A stretch of 64,000 bases of DNA from positions 1 to 64,000 of the IMG/VR virus record IMGVR_UViG_3300029288_000063; one strand, written 5' to 3'. The translations under genes were made by a program, and so were the position numbers. The notes under the pieces were generated by a model, which was not told where the DNA came from, ran no database searches, and saw only the letters and a program-made list of their open reading frames with translations. This stretch comes from a virus (Duplodnaviria; Caudoviricetes). Positions 1 through 8,548 of the stretch are shown here, one piece after another. Each line of letters starts with the position of its first letter. The first letter of the stretch is position 1.

Positions 1-396
1 GGACCCGGAGCACTCGTCGATGCCAGATACAACTTCTGGACCGATAAGTCCGGTCCATCCGGTGGTATAAATGACCCCGTTACAGGGAAAATCGCCAACG
101 GTACAGGAATGGTCATGGGTACATATACCCGCTTCGACCCGTGGCTTAATTGTGTCCTCGGTCAGTATAAACCGCTCGATGCCCCAGAATACCGCACAAT
201 GTCCGGCTATACACCGGCAACTGGAACGTGGGGTTCCGATTGCCAGTCCGAGGTCATCGAAACAGCCGTCCACGAAGTCGCAGTGACATATCAAGATGGG
301 AAAACACGCCGTACAGGAATGTCAGGTGCACAACTCCCGGATAAATCCGGCGTCGCCTACAATAAGGGTAAACTCGACTACCACCCCGGTAAATAA
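1..396 (+). CDS. C-terminal part of a gene entering from the left; resembles the tail of right-handed beta-helix (pectin-lyase-like) proteins
   Basis: Frame 1 is open from base 1: ...VDARYNFWTDKSGPSGG...G..G...FDPWL, similar to the 'DAxxNwWGxxxGP...DPWL' capping motif of beta-helix proteins; terminator follows. Confidence 0.45.
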   Translation, partial: GPGALVDARYNFWTDKSGPSGGINDPVTGKIANGTGMVMGTYTRFDPWLNCVLGQYKPLDAPEYRTMSGYTPATGTWGSDCQSEVIETAVHEVAVTYQDGKTRRTGMSGAQLPDKSGVAYNKGKLDYHPGK

Positions 397-410
397 ACAC
401 TCACAAAAAA

Positions 411-446
411 ACCCCCCGGATAAATAAAAATCCGGGGGTCTTTTTG
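411..446 (+). terminator. Rho-independent terminator
   Basis: cccccgga / tccggggg stem followed by ttttt; A-run upstream, so possibly bidirectional. Confidence 0.75.
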
Positions 447-481
447 TCCCAAATAACAGAACACCTGTATAATAAACCATC

Positions 482-1126
482 ATGAACCCTATCTATATAC
501 AACTCACGACCCGCTGCCATATGGGATGCCCACATTGCGCATTCGACTGTAAACCCGATGGCGTCGATATGACACTCCGTATCCTGTACCATACCCTCAG
601 TATTCTACCAAAACAAACATACGTCACCCTCGGCGGCGGTGAACCCACTGACTACATACACTGGAAGGAAGTCCTCAACATCGTACGACATGATGTCAAT
701 AACTACCAGTCAAAACTCCAATGGTCGGTCGTCACAAATGGTATGTACCCAAATGCCGTCAAAGAAATACTCTCCATACTCACACTCGCCCAAGCAAAAG
801 GAAAACCAGAAGTGTTCTCACCAGCACTCTCAAATGACCAGTTCCATAATCCACACCCAGTTTCACTCACACTCTTCAAAGCACTACCATTCCCGCAACC
901 AATCAAAACACCTGATAAAAAACCCACCCCTATGGGAAGAGCAAAAGATCAGCCGTGGTCGGATACCACCTACAGATGCCTGTGCCCATATACCTTCATT
1001 AACACACAAGGAGATATATTCCCCTGTATGTGCCCGTCCGCACCACAACATAGCCATGTCTATGACTACACCCAACAAAAACCCCTGTCACCACAAAGGG
1101 GATGTTGTCGCGTTCTCAACGTCTGA
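482..1126 (+). CDS. Radical SAM protein with short twitch/SPASM-like C-terminus
   Basis: TTRCHMGCPHC (CxxxCxxC), GGEP, TNG, C-terminal CxC...GDIFPCMC; tgtataat upstream. Confidence 0.85.
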   Translation: MNPIYIQLTTRCHMGCPHCAFDCKPDGVDMTLRILYHTLSILPKQTYVTLGGGEPTDYIHWKEVLNIVRHDVNNYQSKLQWSVVTNGMYPNAVKEILSILTLAQAKGKPEVFSPALSNDQFHNPHPVSLTLFKALPFPQPIKTPDKKPTPMGRAKDQPWSDTTYRCLCPYTFINTQGDIFPCMCPSAPQHSHVYDYTQQKPLSPQRGCCRVLNV

Positions 1127-1139
1127 AATATACATAACC

Positions 1140-1700
1140 CAAAACCAAAACCCCGAAAAATAAACAACTTAGGTACTGTTGGAACCATTTGTTCTCAATA
1201 ATCCGAAAATAATAATTCCACCCGCAATAGATAGACATCCATATGGTGTCACTGTATGGGGGCATATATAGGGGAGTGTCCCGTTATAGGGGTATCGCCT
1301 ATGGGTATATATAACCCCGTACCTATATAACCCCGTATCCATCTGTCTTGGGTAGGGGGTGGGTGGATATATGGGTAGGGGGTAGAAAGCCTTCCGAAAG
1401 TCCCCTGAAAAGCCCCGCCAAACGTCGGAGATTTTTTTGAAATTGTTTTCGTTTTCAGTTTTGCCCCGGCGTTTTGTTTCGGGTTTATCACGACCCGTTT
1501 CTGACACGAGGGCTGGTGTGACGCGTTTTATCACGTGAGGTCTTGTGTGGTTGGTGTTCTGCCTGTGGGGGCAGGGTGGTATTGGGGTGGTGTGGAAGAA
1601 ATAAGCCCAGCAAATAGGTCGCTTATCGTTTGGCTGTCCTTGGGTTTTGTAAAATGCGGGTGTCATGTGCCGCAGAAGAAATCGGGTTTTTGGTTTTGAG
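1140..1700. other. Strand-skew inversion with short repeats; candidate replication origin or genome-end junction
   Basis: C/A-rich to about 1.2 kb, strongly G/T-rich from about 1.4 kb, with genes on + on both sides; tatataaccccgta twice near 1307-1337; no credible gene. Confidence 0.5.
1613..1626 (+). repeat. Dispersed 14-nt motif AATAGGTCGCTTAT (copy 1; others at 2348-2361 and 24171-24184)
   Basis: Three exact intergenic copies. Confidence 0.7.
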
Positions 1701-1760
1701 AAAACGGTGTCAGGGTTTAATGTGTCAGGAAAAGGTTTTGGGGACGATGTGTGTTTATAG

Positions 1761-2024
1761 GTGTGTATCGTGTTCCGGTTGTTGGTTGGGGGTATTGTGA
1801 TGGGTATGCGTGTGGAGTTGGTTGGTGAGGTAGACCCGTGTGTTGACCTTGAGGATGGTGGTCGTGCGATGGTTGCGCGTGTGGTGGGTGAGGGTTCGGG
1901 GTGTGGTGGTATGTTTGTTCGGTTGCAGAGTTGGGACGAGGCGGTTCCTGTGGATGACCGTCATCGTGTATTGCAGGGTTTTTTGGGTCGTCGTGTTCGT
2001 GTCACGGTGGAGGTGTTATCGTAA
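1761..2024 (+). CDS. Hypothetical protein
   Basis: ORF translationally coupled to the next gene (taatg). Confidence 0.5.
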   Translation: MCIVFRLLVGGIVMGMRVELVGEVDPCVDLEDGGRAMVARVVGEGSGCGGMFVRLQSWDEAVPVDDRHRVLQGFLGRRVRVTVEVLS

Positions 2025-2341
2025 TGGATTACGTGATGTCGGTGGAGGTGTGTAGGTCGTGCCGGTTGTCGCGTGGCGGGGAGTGGGGTCGTGTGGACGA
2101 CCTGTTGTGGGGGCCGTGGATGTTGGATAGTGGTTCCGTGGTTTCGGGTCGTGTGGGCTGTCCGTTGGGTCGTGGTATGGAGCCTGTGTCGGTATCGGTG
2201 GGTTTGGTTCCGGAGGGTTGTCCGTATCGTGTGGAGCATGTGGTGTTGGGTGGGACGTTGGGGGGTTATCTTGACCGTCGTCGTTCGGTGTCTGTGACGG
2301 AGTTGCATCGTGAGGGCATATTGAAGTGTCGGAGGTGGTAA
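2024..2341 (+). CDS. Small Cys-rich protein, CxxC...PxxCP(Y/F)xxE family
   Basis: CRSC...CP...VPEGCPYRVEHVV. Confidence 0.6.
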   Translation: MDYVMSVEVCRSCRLSRGGEWGRVDDLLWGPWMLDSGSVVSGRVGCPLGRGMEPVSVSVGLVPEGCPYRVEHVVLGGTLGGYLDRRRSVSVTELHREGILKCRRW

Positions 2342-2440
2342 GCCCGGAATAGGTCGCTTATTGTGTCGGCGTTTTTTGCCGGTTTGGAATACGCGGGTTA
2401 TGCGTGAGTCGGAATATCGGGATTTTGGTTTTGTGGGAAA

Positions 2441-2920
2441 GTGGGGTGTGTGGTGGGTAAGGATGTTGTTTGGTCGACGAGTGTTGTCGGGTTGATATTT
2501 TGTGTGGTGCTGGGTGTGTTGTGTCTGCTTTTTGCGTTGTCCGGGCGGTCGCGTGTTGAGTCGTTGCGCGGGGCGTGTGTGGGTGCGGAGGGGGAGGCGG
2601 AGGGTTCGGGTGTTGTTGGTCAGGTGGTTGAGGTTGTTCCGGCGGGCGATTTGGCGGGGTGGTTGAAGTCGCACGGTGGTGTTCGTATTTCGTGTGTTTC
2701 GGGTCTTGGTCGTGGTTTTGACGGTTATGACAACTCGTATTTGGTGGTGTACAGCGAGGGGTCGTTTGACGGTCAGCGTCGTGTGGTGTTGGATGTTGGT
2801 GATTTGGATGGTTGGTTGTCGGAGCACCGTGGGAAGGTTCGTCTTGTTGCGTTTACGGCGTTGGGTGAGGGTTTTCGTGGTTCCCCTGTGGGGTATTTGG
2901 TGGTTTACGAGTTGGAATAG
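2441..2920 (+). CDS. Membrane-anchored protein with internal duplication
   Basis: N-terminal hydrophobic helix; DLAGWLKSHG...GLGRGF...YLVVY repeated as DLDGWLSEHR...ALGEGF...YLVVY. Confidence 0.6.
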   Translation: MGCVVGKDVVWSTSVVGLIFCVVLGVLCLLFALSGRSRVESLRGACVGAEGEAEGSGVVGQVVEVVPAGDLAGWLKSHGGVRISCVSGLGRGFDGYDNSYLVVYSEGSFDGQRRVVLDVGDLDGWLSEHRGKVRLVAFTALGEGFRGSPVGYLVVYELE

Positions 2921-2947
2921 GCGGGTTTTTGGGTGGTTTTCTTGGGG

Positions 2948-3026
2948 TTTTTGTGGTGAAAAGCGGTTTTTCTTGGGGTTTTCTTGGCTATTTTTGTGGT
3001 GAAAAGCGGTTTTCTTGGCTATTTTT
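2948..3026 (+). repeat. Intergenic direct repeats
   Basis: tttttgtggtgaaaagcggtttt(t)cttgg twice and ttttcttggctattttt twice. Confidence 0.7.
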
Positions 3027-3093
3027 TGGGTTTTTCTCGATGGTTTGTTGTGGGTTTTTGGTTTGAAAACCGCAAACCGCTGGGAGAAAACAG

Positions 3094-3288
3094 ATGGCTA
3101 TGAAATCGTTTTGGGTGAAAGAGCGTCATAATCCGCAGAACGGGGTAAGTTATACGGCGTGCGGTCAGCTTACCGTTGCGGAGGCGAAGAAGAAAGAGAA
3201 TGCGTTGTACGGGTATAACGTTATGCACCGTTACAAGACGGAGGCGGAATATCGTGCGGCGCTTGTTGGTTTTGGGTTGGGGGGTTAG
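3094..3288 (+). CDS. Hypothetical protein
   Basis: ggag SD upstream, protein-like composition. Confidence 0.6.
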   Translation: MAMKSFWVKERHNPQNGVSYTACGQLTVAEAKKKENALYGYNVMHRYKTEAEYRAALVGFGLGG

Positions 3289-3448
3289 TAGGGGGTGCTC
3301 TTCTTGGTGGTGTTATCTGTTCGGTGTTTCCGGATGAATATGACGGCAGGGTTACGATTGGTTTTGCCGATGGGACGGCGGCGTCATTTACCGTGACGGT
3401 ATTGGGTGGAAACATTCGTCTGAACACAAATCGTGTTGTAGGGGGTTC

Positions 3449-3739
3449 GTGATGCGTTGTTTGCGGTGTGGGTATTGCTGCATGCATTCGTTTGTCGTCG
3501 TGGTTCGTGACCCGGACATGGCGGACCGCGAGGGTATTTCGGACGACAATCTGATGGTTGTTGGTGCGAATGGTCCGGAGCGGTGTCCGCATTTGGTGGG
3601 TGATCGGGTTGGTGAGTATTCGTGTGCGGTGCATGGTCGTCCGTGGTATCGTTATTCGCCGTGTGCGGCGCATGTGCAGGTTGAGGTGGAGGATTCCGAC
3701 TGCCGGATGGGTGCGCATCTGTTGAAGGGCGGTGTGTGA
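3449..3739 (+). CDS. YkgJ/CxxCxxCC-type cysteine-cluster protein
   Basis: CLRCGYCC...CPHL...CAVH...PC. Confidence 0.7.
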   Translation: MMRCLRCGYCCMHSFVVVVRDPDMADREGISDDNLMVVGANGPERCPHLVGDRVGEYSCAVHGRPWYRYSPCAAHVQVEVEDSDCRMGAHLLKGGV

Positions 3740-4461
3740 TGGGTTTTATAGTGTGTCGCCGGTGCGGTTTGAGCGTCGAAATTGAAGCGAAGGGTGTGAA
3801 CTATGTGGATATTTGTAACAAGTGTCTCACTGGAAGTGAGGTTGTCGTTCGTCCGGGTGATCCTGTGGGGTCAACCAAGGAGATGCGGGCGCTTCGTGAG
3901 TCCGAAATGCTTTCTGTTTGCGAGCTTGGGTTGCTTCCCGAACCTTCCGTGGTGCCGTTCGATTTGAGGGGTGTGTTGGACGAGCGTGCCGCCGAGGAGA
4001 TGCGTAAGCGTCTTGATGGTGATGTGGTGAAAGCCATGTTCGGTGATGATACGAAGGGACCGAGTAGCTGGGAGGGTTTGCCCGGCGATGTTGGTCCTAC
4101 TTGGGTTCCCGATAAAGATATGCCGAAGGTTCCTCCGGAGCCTAAGAAGGATTTTTGGAGTCCAAGGGCTTCGGATTCCAGTCCGTTTGACCTGTCGTCG
4201 TCGGTTCGTGCCCGTTTGACCGAGGCGGGTGTCCGGGTGGCAAAGGACGATGACCTGTCGGTGGACGATGGGGGGGTTGTTCATTGTTCGATGAAGGAAT
4301 TTATGCGGACGTTTGGACCCCACTTGTGGTCGAACAGTGCTGAGCTATTTATTGATGGGTTTGTTATTGGTGAGAGTTTTAGGGTTTCGATGTCGAGTTT
4401 GACGGGTTTTGGTGGTCCTGTCGTAAATTCTCCCTTCGTAAAGACTAAAGAGGTTGTGTGA
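3736..4461 (+). CDS. Zn-ribbon hypothetical protein, paralog of the next gene
   Basis: N-terminal CxxC..CxxC; shared block DDL..DDG.V.CSMKEFMRTFGPHLWS. Confidence 0.6.
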   Translation: MMGFIVCRRCGLSVEIEAKGVNYVDICNKCLTGSEVVVRPGDPVGSTKEMRALRESEMLSVCELGLLPEPSVVPFDLRGVLDERAAEEMRKRLDGDVVKAMFGDDTKGPSSWEGLPGDVGPTWVPDKDMPKVPPEPKKDFWSPRASDSSPFDLSSSVRARLTEAGVRVAKDDDLSVDDGGVVHCSMKEFMRTFGPHLWSNSAELFIDGFVIGESFRVSMSSLTGFGGPVVNSPFVKTKEVV

Positions 4462-5006
4462 TGGGCGTCTCAACCTGTAAGCGGTGCGGGAGTGTCGTTG
4501 ACAAGGGGTCTTTGAAGGGTGATAGTTTTATTGTGATGTGTCGGATGTGTCGCACAGTAGAAGAAGAGATTGCGCATCAGAAAGCGACTGCCGAAATAGA
4601 GTCGAGGCGTGCCGGTGCCGTTCCGTCGGGGGATGTGTTTGCCGGTTTCAATCTTTTGAGTCCGGTTGAGGTCTATTTGACTCCCGAGGGTCAGAGGATT
4701 GCCCGTGCCGATGACCTGTATTCGTCCGATGACGGTATGGTGTGTTGTTCGATGAAGGAATTTATGCGGACATTTGGGCCGCATTTGTGGTCGTCGGATG
4801 TGTCTCACCTGATTGTATCGACGAGGGTCTTGGTGAACGTTAGTAATTGTGTCCCGGTGCCGCCGGAGGTGAAGGTTGGTTCGGGTAAAGAGGTCTGGCA
4901 GTGTTTTATGTGTGGTGAGAAATATACTCGTGATGGTCGTCAGGATTCGGGGTGGATGTGTGACGGGTGTCGTGCGCGAAAGGGTGGAAAGGGTGGTGCG
5001 TCGTGA
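4458..5006 (+). CDS. Zn-ribbon hypothetical protein, paralog of the previous gene
   Basis: Two CxxC..CxxC pairs; same CSMKEFMRTFGPHLWS block. Confidence 0.6.
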   Translation: MMGVSTCKRCGSVVDKGSLKGDSFIVMCRMCRTVEEEIAHQKATAEIESRRAGAVPSGDVFAGFNLLSPVEVYLTPEGQRIARADDLYSSDDGMVCCSMKEFMRTFGPHLWSSDVSHLIVSTRVLVNVSNCVPVPPEVKVGSGKEVWQCFMCGEKYTRDGRQDSGWMCDGCRARKGGKGGAS

Positions 5007-5677
5007 GTTTCAATGTTGATCTGTATGAGTCGAGGCTGCGTCGCATTGATGGGATGGATACTGAAGAGCTTCGTGATTATGTGGAGCACGTAAGGAGATT
5101 GTCTGGTTCTTCCGAGCTTGCGAGGGCGTTGGACGAATATGCGTCCGGGCGGCTGATTGCGCTTGTGACGGAGAGAAAAGACAAAGAGAAAAATTTTTTT
5201 GTTGTTCGTAAGATGTCGCAGGGGTTTTCGCGTATCCGGAAGATGTCGGAAGAAGAGTTATCGGTATATATTGCCAAGACGGAGCAGAAGGATGGCGCGT
5301 TGTTTGAGCGTTTTCTGAATGTTGCGCGGGAGCAGTTGTCGTTTTTGCGTCGGAAGCTTGACCCGGCCGCGATTGACGATATGACGGAAGACGAGTTGCA
5401 GGATTTCATCAGGAATTATACGGGTTCGGTCGCCGGGGCGGTTGGACGTGCCGAGTCCCGGTTGGCGGTATTGCGGGAGCGTGTTTCGGTTGCCGTGGCG
5501 GCGATGGCGGATTTGTTTCGGGATATTGCCCCTGCCCCGTCGGGTCCGTGCGGTTGTTCCGGTTTTGGGTCGTGTTCCCGCCTTGGTTGTCCGTCGTGGT
5601 GGCGTGGCTTTCTCGCTGAGGCGGATGTTGGCGATTTTATCGACCTAGCGAAACGCCTATCCACGACGGTAAAATAA
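4967..5677 (+). CDS. Helical hypothetical protein with repeated 'M(D/S/T)xxEL' units
   Basis: IDGMDTEEL / IRKMSEEEL / IDDMTEDEL; C-terminal Cys cluster; real start probably near 5003. Confidence 0.55.
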   Translation: MSCAKGWKGWCVVSFNVDLYESRLRRIDGMDTEELRDYVEHVRRLSGSSELARALDEYASGRLIALVTERKDKEKNFFVVRKMSQGFSRIRKMSEEELSVYIAKTEQKDGALFERFLNVAREQLSFLRRKLDPAAIDDMTEDELQDFIRNYTGSVAGAVGRAESRLAVLRERVSVAVAAMADLFRDIAPAPSGPCGCSGFGSCSRLGCPSWWRGFLAEADVGDFIDLAKRLSTTVK

Positions 5678-5738
5678 TTACATATTGCCGTTTTTGGCCG
5701 GAAAGTGTTATCCCAACGGTAAAATAATTACATATTGC
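5666..5738 (+). repeat. 23-nt AT-rich direct repeat pair
   Basis: acggtaaaataattacatattgc at 5666-5688 and 5716-5738. Confidence 0.85.
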
Positions 5739-5853
5739 TATTTCCTCTTGGAGATGGATTGTGGTGGGACGGGATTTCTTTGTCGGGGAAGCCCGTTCTT
5801 TTTTTGTGCGCGGTTTGTATGATAGAGATATTGAGGGTTTATTCTAGGGGTTC

Positions 5854-6288
5854 GTGATGTCGACTGACGGGTTGTTGGATGAATGGCAGTACGCGATTGT
5901 CGATGGGAGTCTTGGTCGATTTTTGGACGCCATGCCCGGAAGTATCAAGCGTTTGGATATTAGTGGGATGCCGTCGTATGAGTTGGGCGCGGGGCGGCGG
6001 GTGGCGTTTGTTGATGAGGACGGGGGTTCGTTCCGGTCGGAGACGTTGAAGTCCCCACGGTTTGTTTGTCCGTTGTTTGAAATAAGTGTGCCGTGTCGTC
6101 CGGACACCCCGCTTCGTTGTGTGTTTGCGCGGTTGTACGCGAAAATGGATCAGAAAGCTACGGGGTTGTCGTGTTATTTTGGCGCTCCCGGTTGTGATGT
6201 TTCTATCCCGATTCGTATTGTGTCGTTGGTTTCCCGTCCGGGTGGGCTTGTGTTGGTGTGTGCCCTTGGTATGTTTGTGGTGGGTTAA
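5854..6288 (+). CDS. Hypothetical protein, possibly a degenerate capsid-protein-derived fragment
   Basis: GMPSYE...AFVDEDG...PRFVCPLFEIS resembles a segment I recall from giant-phage major capsid proteins; unverified. Confidence 0.35.
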   Translation: MMSTDGLLDEWQYAIVDGSLGRFLDAMPGSIKRLDISGMPSYELGAGRRVAFVDEDGGSFRSETLKSPRFVCPLFEISVPCRPDTPLRCVFARLYAKMDQKATGLSCYFGAPGCDVSIPIRIVSLVSRPGGLVLVCALGMFVVG

Positions 6289-6413
6289 GTTATGGACGAG
6301 AAATCGGTTCTGTTTCGTGCCGAGTTTGGTCGCGAGTTGTCCCGTATGCGTGTTGGTGCGGGGTTTGTGGGTTTGACCCGGTGGTTGTTCGTATCGAAAG
6401 GAAGGGTTTGTCG

Positions 6414-7664
6414 ATGAGGATTTATCTGGTTGCCGCTTTGTTTTGCCTTGTGTCGCTTGTTTGTCGTGCCGGTGACGTGGTGAGTGGTCAGTTTATTTTG
6501 GCACCGGCGGCGGATGTTGGTGCGGTAGTGGAGTTGTTGCCGGGTTCCGGTGTGTTTATTTCTGAGGGGTTGCCGGAGGGTTCGACGAAGCTGGTTATTC
6601 CGTTGACTGCGGGTGGTGCGTCGAAGGTCTTTCGTGTGAAGAATTCTCTTCCGTTTTCGGAGGCTGTTGTTTCCGTTTCGTATGATGGGTTGTCGTTTCA
6701 GACGCATATTGATATTTCGGTAAGTGCGGACAAACCGAACTGGAAGAAGTCGTCGGGGGTGTATCCGGGTGATAATCCGACCATTTTGTCGGGTGATTCC
6801 GGGTCCTCGTCAGGCGGGTTTATTTTGTTGAACCCGACGAAGCCGACGGGGAACGGTGGTGGTGGTATTCCGGGGAAGTATCAGGTTTTGAATCCGGGAT
6901 GGGTATGGTTAGTGGATTGCAACCTTAGAAAGCAGACGTATTTATTCCGTGGGAATTTGCCGTTTGCGTCACCGAAGGCGACGAATGAGAGTCAAGAGGT
7001 TGATTTTAAGGGTTTGGCTGCGATTATGAAAGTGCGTGCGTTGCAGTGTGGCGTTGAGCTGCCGTCGCTGTATGTGTTGCGTGTTATATCCCTTCAGAAT
7101 CGTGGTTCTGAGGGCGGGAGTATTCAGATGGAGCTTGATTCGTTTGACGCGTCTATGAAGGTTGACGACCTTGAGGAAGGGGTTTGGGTTGGCGAGGTTG
7201 GAAAGCGTCAATTTATGAACTTCCACGTTGAGCCGTCGGTTGGTTATCAGGCGAACTATACGCTTGTGAAAACGCTTGTGGATTTGATGGGGCAACAGAG
7301 TGTTGCGCCGGTGGTGTATTATTTTCATTGCGCGAGTGGTCATGACCGGACGGGTGCGGTAGCGGTTGGGTATTTGTCGACGCTTGGACGGTTTTCTTTG
7401 TCGGAGTCGTTTATCCTTGGGACGACTGTAGCGAAGCTTCCGGCGACGGCGGGTAAAGAGGTCCGGGACTGTTTTGTGCTGGGGACGGAGAATATCGACC
7501 CGTTGAGGTCGAGGATGTTTTTGGCGGATGATGGGTTTAACCGGGCGACGCTGGATATTTTCAATTATTTTAACCCGAACAAGAAATCGAATAGTATTCC
7601 GACGGACGCGGCGGGGATGTCCCCGGCGTATGTCATTGCGTCGTTCCCGTGGTTGAGGAAGTAG
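6414..7664 (+). CDS. Secreted protein-tyrosine/dual-specificity phosphatase-like protein
   Basis: Signal peptide MRIYLVAALFCLVSLVCRAG; CX5R loop YFHCASGHDRTG. Confidence 0.75.
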   Translation: MRIYLVAALFCLVSLVCRAGDVVSGQFILAPAADVGAVVELLPGSGVFISEGLPEGSTKLVIPLTAGGASKVFRVKNSLPFSEAVVSVSYDGLSFQTHIDISVSADKPNWKKSSGVYPGDNPTILSGDSGSSSGGFILLNPTKPTGNGGGGIPGKYQVLNPGWVWLVDCNLRKQTYLFRGNLPFASPKATNESQEVDFKGLAAIMKVRALQCGVELPSLYVLRVISLQNRGSEGGSIQMELDSFDASMKVDDLEEGVWVGEVGKRQFMNFHVEPSVGYQANYTLVKTLVDLMGQQSVAPVVYYFHCASGHDRTGAVAVGYLSTLGRFSLSESFILGTTVAKLPATAGKEVRDCFVLGTENIDPLRSRMFLADDGFNRATLDIFNYFNPNKKSNSIPTDAAGMSPAYVIASFPWLRK

Positions 7665-7671
7665 GTGTCCT

Positions 7672-8523
7672 GTGTATTCTCCGGGTATAAGGGTTGATGT
7701 TCCGTTTGATGTCCCGTATGACCTTGTGGTTGGCGGTGCGTGCCGGGACGCGTTGGCGGGGGAAAAGAAAGCACCGAGGGATTACGACCTGTGGTATACA
7801 AACGAAATATCGTATTTGGCAGCGTTAATCCTCCTGTTGGTTAAAGGGGCGGTTGAGATGGAGGAGGAAAGACGTGAATCCGCGTTTTTTTTTGGCAAAC
7901 ACTATTCTCGTTCTGTGTGGGAGTTGAATGGGGTTGTTTTTGACCTGAGAAGGTTTTTCGTGAAGGGTGGTCTGGGTGAACTGGAGGCGTTGGTGCGTGA
8001 CCGGTTTGATTTTCGGGTAAATGCTTGCTATCAGCGTTTCGGTGGTGTTGTGGAGTCCGTGGCTGGCGAGGATGAATATGCCGCGAGAGTCCTTGAGCAG
8101 AATGATGTTCGCAAGATGACGCTTGGGCGTATTTTGGATCGTTGTCGTCACCTTTCCAAGCGTGGTTGGGTTGTTGGTGGCACGGTTGCGTCGAGCGCCT
8201 TTGGGCAAATAAGTGACATGTTCGAAGACCCGGAGGGTGGTTTTATAGACGATGCCAGTCGTTTTGTACGGGATGAGGGTTCCGGGTATTCCGTGCGCAA
8301 GGTCGTTTGTAGCAAGTCGGTATTTGGTGAGCTTTTCCCGTTGATACCCACAGAGCACCTTATTTTCGGTTTCCTTTCGTCCTCTGATGATGTTGTGCGG
8401 GCGACGATGCACGAATACAATCGACGTCAGAAAGGACCACTTTTGAGGGTTTTGGATGACGTCGTGGAATACGGCGCGTCTGTTATTGATCGCCTTTTGT
8501 CGGCGGTATTCGTGCTGCCGTAG
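7672..8523 (+). CDS. Class II nucleotidyltransferase (CCA-adding/poly(A) polymerase head-like), paralog 1
   Basis: VVGGACRD...RDYDL; FDFRVNA resembles RDFTINA. Confidence 0.7.
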   Translation: MYSPGIRVDVPFDVPYDLVVGGACRDALAGEKKAPRDYDLWYTNEISYLAALILLLVKGAVEMEEERRESAFFFGKHYSRSVWELNGVVFDLRRFFVKGGLGELEALVRDRFDFRVNACYQRFGGVVESVAGEDEYAARVLEQNDVRKMTLGRILDRCRHLSKRGWVVGGTVASSAFGQISDMFEDPEGGFIDDASRFVRDEGSGYSVRKVVCSKSVFGELFPLIPTEHLIFGFLSSSDDVVRATMHEYNRRQKGPLLRVLDDVVEYGASVIDRLLSAVFVLP

Positions 8524-8548
8524 TCTGATAATTATCCGGAGGTTTTCG

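Noticed and set aside
1169-1666. Minus-strand ORF across the skew switch
   Set aside because: Low-complexity Y/P/I/G translation of repeats, no SD or motif; more likely non-coding
1961-2827. Long minus-strand ORFs (also 7825-8631, 31042-32058, 44224-45090, 46716-48068, 61703-62989)
   Set aside because: Shadow ORFs opposite well-supported + genes; T/H/P/N/R-rich or S-rich composition reflects strand skew; no motifs
4249-4793. Repeat pair as a diversity-generating retroelement TR/VR
   Set aside because: Differences are not adenine-specific, both copies are coding, and no reverse transcriptase is in the window
5666-5738. CRISPR array
   Set aside because: Only two repeat units, no clear repeat hairpin, no cas genes
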